This document shows positions 40,970 to 50,241 of a stretch of 64,000 bases of DNA, piece after piece. This DNA is from an uncultured Acidobacteriota bacterium. Lineage in GTDB: Bacteria > Acidobacteriota > Thermoanaerobaculia > Multivoradales > SZUA-115. Under the pieces are notes generated by a model. That model was not told the origin of the DNA. It worked only from the letters and a program-made list of their open reading frames with translations, and made no database searches. Position numbers and translations under genes: made by a program. The stretch lies in contig CAWDVR010000001.1 in the NCBI GenBank assembly GCA_963805975.1, positions 800,001 to 864,000 on the forward strand, in the 5' to 3' direction. Numbering within the stretch: position 1 is the stretch's first letter; each line of letters opens with the position of its first letter.

Positions 40970-43957
40970 ATGCGACGGCACCGAGAGCGGCAGTCCCCGG
41001 CCCTCCTTCTGGGCGCCATGGTTTCCCTGGTGGCCCTCCTCGGCGCGGGCGCGAGCGGCCGGGGCCCTGCCCCGGTGGGCCTGCCGCCGGTTCCCATCCC
41101 GGCCGAGAATCCCCTGACGCCGGCCAAGGTGGCGCTCGGCGAGCGGCTGTTCTTCGAGACCGGCTTTTCGATCGACCGGCGGGTCAGTTGTGCCGGCTGC
41201 CACCGGCCCGAGGGCTTCTTCGTCGACGAGGAACGGTTCTCCAAAGGCATTCTCGGGCTGGACGGGGCGCGCAACACGGGCTCGGTGCTCAACGCAGCGT
41301 ACTCGCCCTTCCTGATGTCGGACGGCCGCGCCACCAGCCTGGAGGACCAGGTCAAGTACCCGGTCACCAACCCGCTCGAGCTCAACACCACGCAGGAGAG
41401 GGTGGTGAGCTTCCTCGCCGGCGAGCCCGCCTATGCTCCGCTCTTTGCCGCGGCCTTCGGCGACGCGAGCGTCACCTGGAAGCGGGTCACCGAGGCGATT
41501 GCTTCCTTCGAGCGCACGCTGATCGCCGGCAACTCCGCCTTCGACCGCTTCATGGCCGGCGACGGAGCGGCGCTGTCGGCGCCGGCGCAGCGTGGCTGGG
41601 AGCTGTTCCGCGGCGAGGCGGGCTGTGTGCGCTGCCACGCCTACCGCCCCGATCAGCCCTTCTTCAGCGACTTCGAGTTCCACAACACCGGCGTCGCCTG
41701 GTACCCGGACGACCCCCAGCCGTCCGTCCGCCACACCCCCGACCTCGGCCGCTACTGGGTGACGCGGGACCGGCAGCACATCGGGGCGTTCCGCACTCCG
41801 GGCCTGCGCAACGTGGCGCGGACGGCGCCCTACATGCGCAACGGCGAGCTGGCGACGCTGGCGCAGGTGGTGGAGTTCTATTCCAAGGGGCCGCGCAAGA
41901 ACCCGTTCCTCGACGCCCGGCTAGAGCCGCTCGCGCTCACCGCCGGGCAGCAGGCGGACCTCGTCGCCTTTCTCGAGTCGCTGACCGGCGAGGTCGGCTA
42001 CCAGCGGCCGGCGTCGCCGGGCGAAGGGGCGCCGCCATCGCCGGCGGCGCCCGCCACGCCGGTCTCGGCCGCTTCGGCCTCGGACACGCCAACCTCGGCC
42101 GCGCCGGCCAAGCCGAGCCCCGGCTACGGCCGGATCGAGGTGGTCGCCGGCGGCGGGGACGACGGTGACGGCGGCAAGGCGATGGACGCCGTGTTCGTCA
42201 ACGTCGGCGGTCTGGCGGCGGACCCCAAGGGCAACCTCTACGTCGTCGACTCGGGCGCCAACCGGGTGCGCAGGATCGATGCCGAGACCGGCCTGATCCG
42301 CACTGTCGCCGGGACCGGCCTGATGGTCGGCGCGCTCGATTCCCAGATCGCCATCGACCGGCCCTTGCGCGGGCCGGTGCCGCTGGCGATCGACGGCCCC
42401 GGGCGCTCGCTCTTCGTGGGCGAGATCCTCTCGCGGCGCGTGCTGCGGGTGGACCTCGCGAGCGGTGCGATCGAGGATCTCGGGGGACCCGCGGGCGGCT
42501 TCGGCAGCCCGGACGGCCTGCTCTGGACCCCGGCGGGCCTGCTGGTCGCCGACGCCCCCCGGGGCCAGGTGTGGCGGCAAGGGGTGGGCGGCGCCTGGAC
42601 CGGTCTGCTCTCCGCCGGCAGCGAGCTGGGCGACAACATCCGCACCCTGGCGCAGGACTCGAGGGGCCGGGTCTACGTCAGCGAGTACTTTGCCCACCGG
42701 GTGCTGCGCTGGGACCCCGCCACGGGTGATCTGGAGGTCGTGGTGGGAACGGGCCAGTCGGGGCGCGGCGCCGACGGCCTGCCGGCGCCGCAGGCTGCGA
42801 TCCGCACCCCGGATGGCATCGCTCTCGACCGCAACGGCCACCTCCTCGTCGCCGACAAGGGCAACCACCGGATCTGTCGCGTCGACCTCGCGACCGGTGT
42901 GCTCGAGACCGTGGCCGAGTCCCGCGAGAAGAAGGGGAGCGAGAAGCGGTGGACCCCCGGTCCCATCGCCGCCGACGCCCAGGGGAACCTCTGGATCGGA
43001 GACCTGGAGAGCAACCGCCTGCTGCGCCTGGCGCCCGGCGCCTCCGAGCCGGTGGTGATGGCCGGCGCCGGCGGCATCGGCGACGGCGGTGCCGCCACCG
43101 CGGCGCGGCTGGCCCATCCGGGCAGTGTGGTGGCCGACGCCCGCGGCGATCTCTACGTCTCGGACACGCTCCACCATCGGGTGCGGGTGATCGAGGCGGC
43201 GACGGGCCGCATCCGCACCCTGGCCGGTACCGGCATGCACGGCTACAACGGCGACGGCATCCCGGCGACCCAGGCCTGGCTGAGCTACCCCGCCGAGCTG
43301 CAGATCGACGGCAAGGGGCGCATCTACTTCGGGGACTACTACAACAACCGGGTGCGCGTGGTCGATCCCGCCACCGGCCTGATCTCGACCCTCGCCGGCA
43401 GCGGCAAGGCCGGGGAGGATGGGGACGGCGGGCCGGCGACCGGCGCCAAGCTGTTCAACCCCCACGCCCTGCTGCTCGAAGGGGACCGCTCGCTGCTGAT
43501 CGCGAGCGCCGTCTCCTCCCGGGTGCGCCGAGTCGACCTCGAGAGCGGGACGATCTCCAGCGTGGCGATGGGGGACGGGGTGCCGGCGGACCTCGCCTTC
43601 TACGGGATGGCGCACTGGGCCGGCGGCGTGGTCATGGCGCGACCCCGCCCCGGCAGCATCGAAGTGCTCCGCGACGGCAAGCTCACGCCGCTCCTCGACC
43701 GTCCGGACGTCTTCTTCCCGCAGGACGTCACCGTCTCGCCCCGCGGTGAGCTCTTCGTCTGCGAGACCGGCCGCAACCGCGTCATGCGCTGGACCGGCAA
43801 GAACCTCGAGCCGGTGGTCGAGAACCTCGGCAGGCCGGGCTCGATCAGCTTCGATTCCCAGGGCAATTTGTTGATCTCGGACACCTTCCACAACCGTGTG
43901 CTGAAGGTCTGGCTGGCGCCCGAGGCCACGGCACCGCGGTCACCCGTTTCGCCCTAG
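40970..43957 (+). CDS. MauG-type di-heme domain fused to NHL-repeat propeller
   Basis: CAGCH, CVRCH, Pro/Ala linker, then NHL region paralogous to 26444-28441; start moved from 40913 because that ATG lies in the promoter motif. Confidence 0.88.
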   Translation: MRRHRERQSPALLLGAMVSLVALLGAGASGRGPAPVGLPPVPIPAENPLTPAKVALGERLFFETGFSIDRRVSCAGCHRPEGFFVDEERFSKGILGLDGARNTGSVLNAAYSPFLMSDGRATSLEDQVKYPVTNPLELNTTQERVVSFLAGEPAYAPLFAAAFGDASVTWKRVTEAIASFERTLIAGNSAFDRFMAGDGAALSAPAQRGWELFRGEAGCVRCHAYRPDQPFFSDFEFHNTGVAWYPDDPQPSVRHTPDLGRYWVTRDRQHIGAFRTPGLRNVARTAPYMRNGELATLAQVVEFYSKGPRKNPFLDARLEPLALTAGQQADLVAFLESLTGEVGYQRPASPGEGAPPSPAAPATPVSAASASDTPTSAAPAKPSPGYGRIEVVAGGGDDGDGGKAMDAVFVNVGGLAADPKGNLYVVDSGANRVRRIDAETGLIRTVAGTGLMVGALDSQIAIDRPLRGPVPLAIDGPGRSLFVGEILSRRVLRVDLASGAIEDLGGPAGGFGSPDGLLWTPAGLLVADAPRGQVWRQGVGGAWTGLLSAGSELGDNIRTLAQDSRGRVYVSEYFAHRVLRWDPATGDLEVVVGTGQSGRGADGLPAPQAAIRTPDGIALDRNGHLLVADKGNHRICRVDLATGVLETVAESREKKGSEKRWTPGPIAADAQGNLWIGDLESNRLLRLAPGASEPVVMAGAGGIGDGGAATAARLAHPGSVVADARGDLYVSDTLHHRVRVIEAATGRIRTLAGTGMHGYNGDGIPATQAWLSYPAELQIDGKGRIYFGDYYNNRVRVVDPATGLISTLAGSGKAGEDGDGGPATGAKLFNPHALLLEGDRSLLIASAVSSRVRRVDLESGTISSVAMGDGVPADLAFYGMAHWAGGVVMARPRPGSIEVLRDGKLTPLLDRPDVFFPQDVTVSPRGELFVCETGRNRVMRWTGKNLEPVVENLGRPGSISFDSQGNLLISDTFHNRVLKVWLAPEATAPRSPVSP

Positions 43958-45178
43958 GCCGGGCTCGACGGCTTCCACCCGCTCCTCGGGCGCGGGGCCG
44001 AAATAGCGCTTGAGGCGGAGGAACCGCACCTCGAAGGCGTGGTAGAGGATCGCCGCCAGGAGCCAGGAGCCGGCGATCCCCACGCCCAGCCAGAAGAGCC
44101 GCTCCAGGATGGTGAACCGAACCAGGCTCAGCACCTGGCGGTAGACCAGGGGGTAGACCACGACGAAGGCCAGCAGGTGGAAGAGGTAGATGCCGTAGGA
44201 GTACTTGCCCAGTGAGGCCATGGGCCGGGCCTCGAAGAGCTTGGCGAGCACCGGGCCCTGGTCGAGCACCTTCGCCAGCAGCCCGGCCCAGCCCAGGGCC
44301 AGGAGGGAGTACCCCACCACTTGGAAGGAGGGGGTCTCCCGCACCTGATCGCCGGCCAGGAGCAGCCAGGCGCCCGCTGCCGGCAGGCAGACGAAGAGAG
44401 CGGCGCCGGACAGCCGGCGCCAGAGGTCGGGCCGGAACCGAGGCGAGCGCAGGTAGGCCGCCATCAGCCCCCCTGCCGCCAGGGTGTCCAGCCGGCAGGG
44501 GGTGAGGAGGAAGATCGACAGCCAGTGCCCGCCGCTGAACGCCAGGGCCGCCCGCAAGCCGACGGCACCGAGGAACACCGCCGCGATCACGCCCAGGAGC
44601 TTCTTGGGCGGGCAGAGCAGGATCAGGAAGGGCCAGACCAGGTAGAACTGCTCTTCGATCGCCAGGCTCCAGGTCAGGCTGTTGGCATAGCCCGGCGAGA
44701 AGTCCTCGCGGTCCGCCATCCACAGGTTCGAGGTGTAGGTCACGTACCAGGGCCAGGCAGCGGCGTCGGCGGCGTACTGATAGCCGGGCACGCGCTCGAG
44801 ATGCATGCGTTGAGCGTAGATGGGCATCAGCAGCAGTGTGGTCGCCAGGAAGAGGTAGTAGAGCGGAAAGATCCGCAGCACCCGCCGGGCGAAGAAGTTG
44901 CGGATGGAACCCGGGCGGCGGCGGGAGTCGATCAGGATGCCGGTGATCAGGAAGCCGCTCAGGACGAAGAAGAGGTCCACCCCCGCCCAGCCGAGCCGCG
45001 ACAGGCGGCTCAGCGCCTGGCCCAGCAGAGTGCCGTGCTCCGGGCGCCACAGATGGAGCACCAGCACCAGCAGAATGGCAAGGCCGCGCAGGCCGTCCAG
45101 GCCGCGGACCCGCCCGCGAAAGCGGGGGATAGTTGAGCGCAGCGATTCGCCGGCCGCCGGCTTCGAGGTCGGCTCCAT
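43940..45178 (-). CDS. Acyltransferase family 3 (OafA-like) membrane protein
   Basis: LDGLRGLAILLV, GVDLFFVLSGFLIT, RRVLRIFP, WSLAIEEQFY, SYGIYLFH. Confidence 0.93.
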   Translation of the reverse strand: MEPTSKPAAGESLRSTIPRFRGRVRGLDGLRGLAILLVLVLHLWRPEHGTLLGQALSRLSRLGWAGVDLFFVLSGFLITGILIDSRRRPGSIRNFFARRVLRIFPLYYLFLATTLLLMPIYAQRMHLERVPGYQYAADAAAWPWYVTYTSNLWMADREDFSPGYANSLTWSLAIEEQFYLVWPFLILLCPPKKLLGVIAAVFLGAVGLRAALAFSGGHWLSIFLLTPCRLDTLAAGGLMAAYLRSPRFRPDLWRRLSGAALFVCLPAAGAWLLLAGDQVRETPSFQVVGYSLLALGWAGLLAKVLDQGPVLAKLFEARPMASLGKYSYGIYLFHLLAFVVVYPLVYRQVLSLVRFTILERLFWLGVGIAGSWLLAAILYHAFEVRFLRLKRYFGPAPEERVEAVEPGLGRNG

Positions 45179-45194
45179 CGCCCGCGGCCCGCGC

Positions 45195-45545
45195 TCAGCG
45201 GCGCTCGATGACGTCCGCCACCAGGCCGAACGGGTCGACGAAGTAGAGCGCCTTCTCCGCCGCGGACTCGCGGAGAATGCGGCACCCGGCGGCAACCAGG
45301 TGCGCCTTGGCGCGCTCGAAGTCGGCCACCGCGTAGGAGGGGACGTAGGACATCACCCGCTCGTCGAGGTTGACCCAGAGCGTGAATGCCCCGGTCTCGA
45401 AAGCCAGCTTGTCCGGCTCGTCGAGAATCAGCCGAAACCCGAGGACGCCACCATAGAAAGCTTTGGCTCGCCCGAGATCGGGCAGGTGGATCGCGACCTC
45501 GGGTTGAGACCGGAAGGCCGGGGTGGCAAGCGCCGCGTCGCTCAT
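45195..45545 (-). CDS. Small VOC family protein
   Basis: DLGRAKAFYGGVLGF, YFVDPFG. Confidence 0.82.
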   Translation of the reverse strand: MSDAALATPAFRSQPEVAIHLPDLGRAKAFYGGVLGFRLILDEPDKLAFETGAFTLWVNLDERVMSYVPSYAVADFERAKAHLVAAGCRILRESAAEKALYFVDPFGLVADVIERR

Positions 45546-45588
45546 CCTGCGCTCCCTTCGAAAGCTTGCGGTCGGCTCTCGGCACCGC

Positions 45589-46398
45589 TCAGAGGCTGGC
45601 GGCGGCCACCGCCTGAGAGATCAGCCACGGCAAGGTGAGCAGGATCGGGGGGTCGGTCACCTCGGCGGGCCGGAGCGCGAGCTCGGTCGGCCCCTCGACA
45701 AGCCCGTCCCGGATCTCGATCGGTTCCGAGGTCGATCCGCCGCGCAGAGCCGTGTCGCAGAGTAGCAGCTCCCGCGCTTCGACGTCCCGCGGAAAGGCCA
45801 GGCTCAGGAGGTAGTACTGGCCGTCCGGCACGGGCCGTATCCGGAAACTCCCGGGCCGGTCCAGGATGGCGCAGCCCACCGGCCGGGAGTGGGGCAGAGG
45901 CGAGGAGAAGAGGCCGACGAAGATCAGCCCGGAGAAGCCTTCGGGCGCCCGCACCACTCCTCGGGGGCCCGGCCCGGCCACCGAATCGTCGAGCTGCGTC
46001 ATCTTGAGGCGCGGCCAGTTGACGGCACCCAAGCCGCGCGCCAGCCGGCGAAGATGGTGCGGAGACAGGCCGACGAAGGCCCGAAAACGCCGCGAGAACG
46101 TGCCCGGGCTCGCGAAGCCGACATCCAGACAGACGTCGATCACTTTCTGTCGCGTGGTGATCAGCAGCCTCCTGGCTGCCTGGATGCGCAGGGCGCTCAG
46201 GAAGTGGCCCGGGGGCATGCCGACGATGCGGTGGAAGATGCGGATGAAATGGAAGGGGCTGATGTACGCCGCCGCCGCCAGATCCTTGAGGCTCAAGCGT
46301 TGGTCCAGCCCCTCGTGCATCGTGTGGATGGCTCGCTGAATGGCGAGCCGATGGCTCTGGTCAGCCGCCTCTGAGGTGCAGCGCTCCGCCCCTGCCAT
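45589..46398 (-). CDS. AraC family regulator with N-terminal HTH and C-terminal beta domain
   Basis: SPFHFIRIF, VGFASPGTFSRRF...VGLSP; GGAGG RBS. Confidence 0.9.
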   Translation of the reverse strand: MAGAERCTSEAADQSHRLAIQRAIHTMHEGLDQRLSLKDLAAAAYISPFHFIRIFHRIVGMPPGHFLSALRIQAARRLLITTRQKVIDVCLDVGFASPGTFSRRFRAFVGLSPHHLRRLARGLGAVNWPRLKMTQLDDSVAGPGPRGVVRAPEGFSGLIFVGLFSSPLPHSRPVGCAILDRPGSFRIRPVPDGQYYLLSLAFPRDVEARELLLCDTALRGGSTSEPIEIRDGLVEGPTELALRPAEVTDPPILLTLPWLISQAVAAASL

Positions 46399-46622
46399 GG
46401 TCACCTCCCCTTGGCCCGACCTGCTGGTGCTGGCTACTTCTCTGGAGATCTATCCTCTAGCTTCTGAAGGGTTAAGTGCCGGCAATGCTAGCTACGGGAC
46501 ATTTCGGGGAGCTAAGCCAGATGGCTGCATGCATGGTTTGATTGCAAGGATCCTGTGCGGCTTGCGCCGAGCAACTCCGATAGAGTCGTCTCGACAACTC
46601 ACCCGCGCAAGGAGACCCAGCG

Positions 46623-47150
46623 ATGCTAAAACCCAGCGACACGCTGACGCAGGCTTTCAGCCAACAGATCGGCAACGAGATGGGCGCCTCGATGCAGTAC
46701 GTGGCGATCGCCAACTACTTCACTTCGGAGACCCTCCCCGAGCTCGCCCAGTTCTTCTACCGGCAGGCCGACGAGGAGCGGATGCATGCCATGAAGTTCG
46801 TCCGCTTTCTGCTCGACGTGGGCGCCTATCCGGAGATCCCCTCGATCCAGGCACCCAAGAACCGCTTCGGGTCGGCGGAAGAGTGCGTGGCGCTTTCGGT
46901 CGAGTGGGAAGAGACGGTCACCGAGCAGATCTATGGTTTGGTGGACCTGGCGAAGAACGACAACCATTACGTGGCGCTGCGCTTCCTCGACTGGTTCGTG
47001 ACCGAGCAGCTCGAAGAAGTGTCGTCGATGAGCGACCTGCTCGCCGTGGTGCGCCGCGCCGGCGTGCCTGGCCTGCTGCACGTGGAGGAGTACCTGGCGC
47101 GGAGCGGCGGCCGCATCCCGGTGGTGCCGCAGGAGAAGGGCGGAGAGTAG
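46623..47150 (+). CDS. Ferritin
   Basis: QIGNE, EERMHAMK, FLDWFVTEQLEE ferroxidase residues. Confidence 0.92.
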   Translation: MLKPSDTLTQAFSQQIGNEMGASMQYVAIANYFTSETLPELAQFFYRQADEERMHAMKFVRFLLDVGAYPEIPSIQAPKNRFGSAEECVALSVEWEETVTEQIYGLVDLAKNDNHYVALRFLDWFVTEQLEEVSSMSDLLAVVRRAGVPGLLHVEEYLARSGGRIPVVPQEKGGE

Positions 47151-47166
47151 AGGCCGGGTCGTACGG

Positions 47167-48141
47167 TTACATCGTGGGCAGCCGCAGCACCGCTTCGGCG
47201 ATCTCGGCGGCGTTGACCGCGCCGCCCACCGTCAGGTTGTCGACCACCGCCCACAGCCAATAGCCTCCCGGCTCACCCGGCTGCGGCGTGACGGTCCCCA
47301 CCAGCACCTCGCGGCGCGAGGCGACATCGACCGGGCTCGGCTCGTCCTCGGAGGAAAGGTCGAGCCGTGGGCTCTTGCCCAGCGCCTGGCGCAGGGCGTC
47401 CTCCCCCGGGTCGCTCGCGAAGCGCACGTAGAGGCTCGCCGCCACCCCGTGGAAGACGCCGCCCTGTACCACTTGCACGGCGAGCGGCAGCTCACCACCC
47501 TGGCGGGCGCCGCGGAGGGCTTCGCGCACCTGCGCCGCGAGGTCGACGGGAGGAGCGGCCGGCGGGTAGAGGTTGAAGGCGAGCTGACGGCCGAACACCT
47601 CTTGCGGTCGCTCGGAGCCGAAGGCGAGGAGCGCACGAGTCTGCTCGTAGAGCTCGTCGAGCGCCTGCTTGCCGAACACCGAGGCGGGCTGCACCAGGGT
47701 CGCCACCGCCTGCTGCGGGCCGAGCGGCAGGAGCGGTGCGAGGAGCTCCGCCAGCAGCACGGCGCCGGCGTTGGGGCTCAGGAAGACTCCGCCGGCGTGC
47801 GCCGAGTCGAGGTTCACGCCGGCCACCACGGGCTTGCCGTCGGCGAGCGCCGCGTCCGACGACAGGACGATGACCGTGGTGCGGGAGGGCAGCTCGGCGA
47901 GGAGCGGGCGGTTGGCCGCCATCGCCCCGCAGAAGAAGGCCACGTCCACGTCCTCCAGCTCGTCCGGGGTCAGGCGCTGCACCACGGCGGCGGCGCCGCG
48001 CATCTCGGTCAGGTTGCCGATCTCGGCCTCGTCGGTCGACAGCAGCCGCACTGCGCCGTCGAGCGCCGGCCGGCGGCCGATCTCGTCCCTGAGCTCGTCA
48101 CCCAAGAGGTCCGAGGGATGGAGGATGGCGAAGGTGGTCAT
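47167..48141 (-). CDS. Aspartate-semialdehyde dehydrogenase-like protein, probably non-catalytic
   Basis: AFNLYP, GVFHG, WAVVDNL..GGAVNA; catalytic PNC replaced by PNA, no GxxG nucleotide loop. Confidence 0.75.
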   Translation of the reverse strand: MTTFAILHPSDLLGDELRDEIGRRPALDGAVRLLSTDEAEIGNLTEMRGAAAVVQRLTPDELEDVDVAFFCGAMAANRPLLAELPSRTTVIVLSSDAALADGKPVVAGVNLDSAHAGGVFLSPNAGAVLLAELLAPLLPLGPQQAVATLVQPASVFGKQALDELYEQTRALLAFGSERPQEVFGRQLAFNLYPPAAPPVDLAAQVREALRGARQGGELPLAVQVVQGGVFHGVAASLYVRFASDPGEDALRQALGKSPRLDLSSEDEPSPVDVASRREVLVGTVTPQPGEPGGYWLWAVVDNLTVGGAVNAAEIAEAVLRLPTM

Positions 48142-48986
48142 AGCTTTTCGCGAGGCGTGCGCCCTTCGCTGGGAGAGACGATCTCCGCCGGGGTCGGGGG
48201 CACGCCGGCCTCGCGGTGCGTGAGCCGCCGCCACGCCCAGCCGAGCGGGCCGGACGCGGTGTAGATCGCGGCGATCGCCAGGAAGAACGCCGGCGGATGG
48301 TAGGCGACCACCAGGATCGCCGCCGCCAGCGGCAACAGCAGGCGGTAGCTCTGGCGGCGCCGGAGGTCGAGCTTCTTGAAGCTGTGGTAGCGGAAGGTGG
48401 AGACCATCAGCGCGCCGGCGGCGAGGAGCGAGCCCGCCACCAGCGCCTGGAGCCAGGGCTCCCCGGCATAGCCTTCGACGAAGAAGAGCAGCGAGCAGAT
48501 GAGGCCCGCCGCGGCCGGCGCCGGCAAGCCGACGAAGAAGCGCGAATCCACGATCTTGGTCTGCACGTTGAAACGGGCGAGGCGGAAGGCGGCGCCGAGC
48601 AGGAAGAAGAGCGGGATCAGCCAGCCGGCGCGGTCGAAGGTCTCCAGGCCCCAGTGGTAGCAGAGGAGTGCGGGGACGGCGCCGAAAGTGAACACGTCGG
48701 CCAGCGAGTCCAGTTGCTTGCCGAAATCGCTGTCGGTGCCGGTCATGCGGGCGATGCGGCCATCCAGAGTGTCGAGGATGCCGGCCACGAACACCAACAG
48801 AGCCGCGATCTGGAAGCGGCCGTGGATGCCCAGCACCACGGCGTAGAAACCGAGCAGCATGTTGCCGGTGGTGAAGAGGCTCGGCAGCAGGTAGGCGCCG
48901 CGACGCAGGCGCCGCCGCATGCGGCCGTTCGGCTCGTTCGGGCCGTTCAGCTCGTTCGGAAGGCTCTCGCTCGGCGGTGTCGTCAC
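48138..48986 (-). CDS. pssA: CDP-diacylglycerol--serine O-phosphatidyltransferase
   Basis: DTLDGRIAR..FGKQLDSLAD, RLARFN, GLPAP. Confidence 0.93.
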   Translation of the reverse strand: MTTPPSESLPNELNGPNEPNGRMRRRLRRGAYLLPSLFTTGNMLLGFYAVVLGIHGRFQIAALLVFVAGILDTLDGRIARMTGTDSDFGKQLDSLADVFTFGAVPALLCYHWGLETFDRAGWLIPLFFLLGAAFRLARFNVQTKIVDSRFFVGLPAPAAAGLICSLLFFVEGYAGEPWLQALVAGSLLAAGALMVSTFRYHSFKKLDLRRRQSYRLLLPLAAAILVVAYHPPAFFLAIAAIYTASGPLGWAWRRLTHREAGVPPTPAEIVSPSEGRTPREKL

Positions 48987-49696
48987 GGCACGGGCCTCAC
49001 GGTGTCCGGTCCCAGGGTATTCGCGGCGTCAGGCAGGCCGGGGAGCGCCACCACCGAGAGGCCGTTCTTCAGCCGGTCGCCTTTCTTCACCACCACGCGA
49101 TAGCCCGGCGGCAGCAGCAGATCGACCCGCGAGCCGAACTTGATGAGGCCCAGCCGCTCGCCGCGGGTCACGGTCTCGCCGGTCCGCAGGTAGCAGACCA
49201 CGCGCCTGGCGAGGAGGCCGGCGATCTGGCGCACACCGATGCGTCCGCCTCCGGGGTGCTCGGCCCCGGGGTGCTCAGAGGGGGGGGGCAGCTCGATCAC
49301 CGTCAGATGCTGCTCGTTGACTACCCCGGCGTCCGGCCGGAAGGCGGCCACCTTGCGCCCGCGGGAGAGCGCCGAGGCGATCACCTTGCCGCCGGCCGGC
49401 ACGCTCTGCACGTGGACGTCGAACACCGACAGGAAGGTCACCACCCGCTGGTAGCGCCCCGGCCCGACTGCCGGGTCCTCGACCTCGTCGACCAGGGTCA
49501 CCAAGCCGTCGGCCGGCGCCAGCACCGCCCCGGCCTCGCCCGTGAAGTGGCGGCGCGGGATGCGGAAGAAGAGCAGCACGGCGAAGGCGACCACCAGCGC
49601 GGCGAGCGCCCAGCGCGGATGGCCGGCTAGATAGAGCGCCAGGGCGATGGCGACGAAGGGCAGGACGAAGGGCCAGCTCTCGCGGGCAAAGGTCAT
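48983..49696 (-). CDS. psd: Phosphatidylserine decarboxylase
   Basis: APADG, FLSVFDVH, QIAGLLARR, IKFGSRVD autocleavage motif. Confidence 0.93.
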   Translation of the reverse strand: MTFARESWPFVLPFVAIALALYLAGHPRWALAALVVAFAVLLFFRIPRRHFTGEAGAVLAPADGLVTLVDEVEDPAVGPGRYQRVVTFLSVFDVHVQSVPAGGKVIASALSRGRKVAAFRPDAGVVNEQHLTVIELPPPSEHPGAEHPGGGRIGVRQIAGLLARRVVCYLRTGETVTRGERLGLIKFGSRVDLLLPPGYRVVVKKGDRLKNGLSVVALPGLPDAANTLGPDTVRPVP

Positions 49697-49728
49697 GAGA
49701 GTCGTCTTTTCGGCGCTTGGGAGATGGC

Positions 49729-49753
49729 GGGAGGGGCGATGTTCGCCCCTCCC
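49729..49753. terminator. Perfect 11-bp hairpin downstream of the DUF465-like gene
   Basis: gggaggggcga-tgt-tcgcccctccc; no strong U-tract. Confidence 0.4.
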
Positions 49754-49781
49754 AGGTTGCCCGGATTCGAACCCGCCGGGT

Positions 49782-50015
49782 CTAGACGGCGACGTGCGCC
49801 AGCTCGTGCTCGCGCAGCATCTCCGCCATGCGGTCCTTGAGGCTCAGCTTGTGCAGTTTGAGCCTTTTCTCTTCGATCTCGTCTTGCTGCGACAGGAGGG
49901 ACTTTTGGACCAGCTCGTCCAGCCGTCGCTCACACTCCTGGTGCTCGGTGTGCAAACGGCGGAACTCTTCATCCGTGGCCAGCAGGTCCTCTTTCAACGC
50001 GTCGCGAGTCGACAT
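49782..50015 (-). CDS. YdcH/DUF465-like small coiled-coil protein
   Basis: AAGGAGG RBS; EFRRLHTEH...EKRLKLHKLSLKD. Confidence 0.85.
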   Translation of the reverse strand: MSTRDALKEDLLATDEEFRRLHTEHQECERRLDELVQKSLLSQQDEIEEKRLKLHKLSLKDRMAEMLREHELAHVAV

Positions 50016-50241
50016 CGAATCGGCCTCCTTGTGGCGAGCGGTTCTGCCGCCGGTCGGTCGGCGGCGGAGGGACGAGGGAGGATGGGAGGGACCCGGCTCA
50101 CCAGCGCTCGAGCGTAGGGCGGGCACCGCGACGGGAGAACCTACGACCGTCGACGGGGGCTCGTCGGTTTGTGGAGGCGGGCCGCATAGGTTGGGACGAA
50201 GGCAGGCTACCACCCTCGGCAACGGCGAGCAACACCCGGAA

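Noticed and set aside
45551-46570. CGCAA occurrences upstream of the VOC and AraC genes as extra regulon sites
   Set aside because: They lack the second GGA...GAC box
49763-49773. GGTTCGAATCC on the minus strand, resembling a tRNA T-arm
   Set aside because: No acceptor, D or anticodon arms could be built around it
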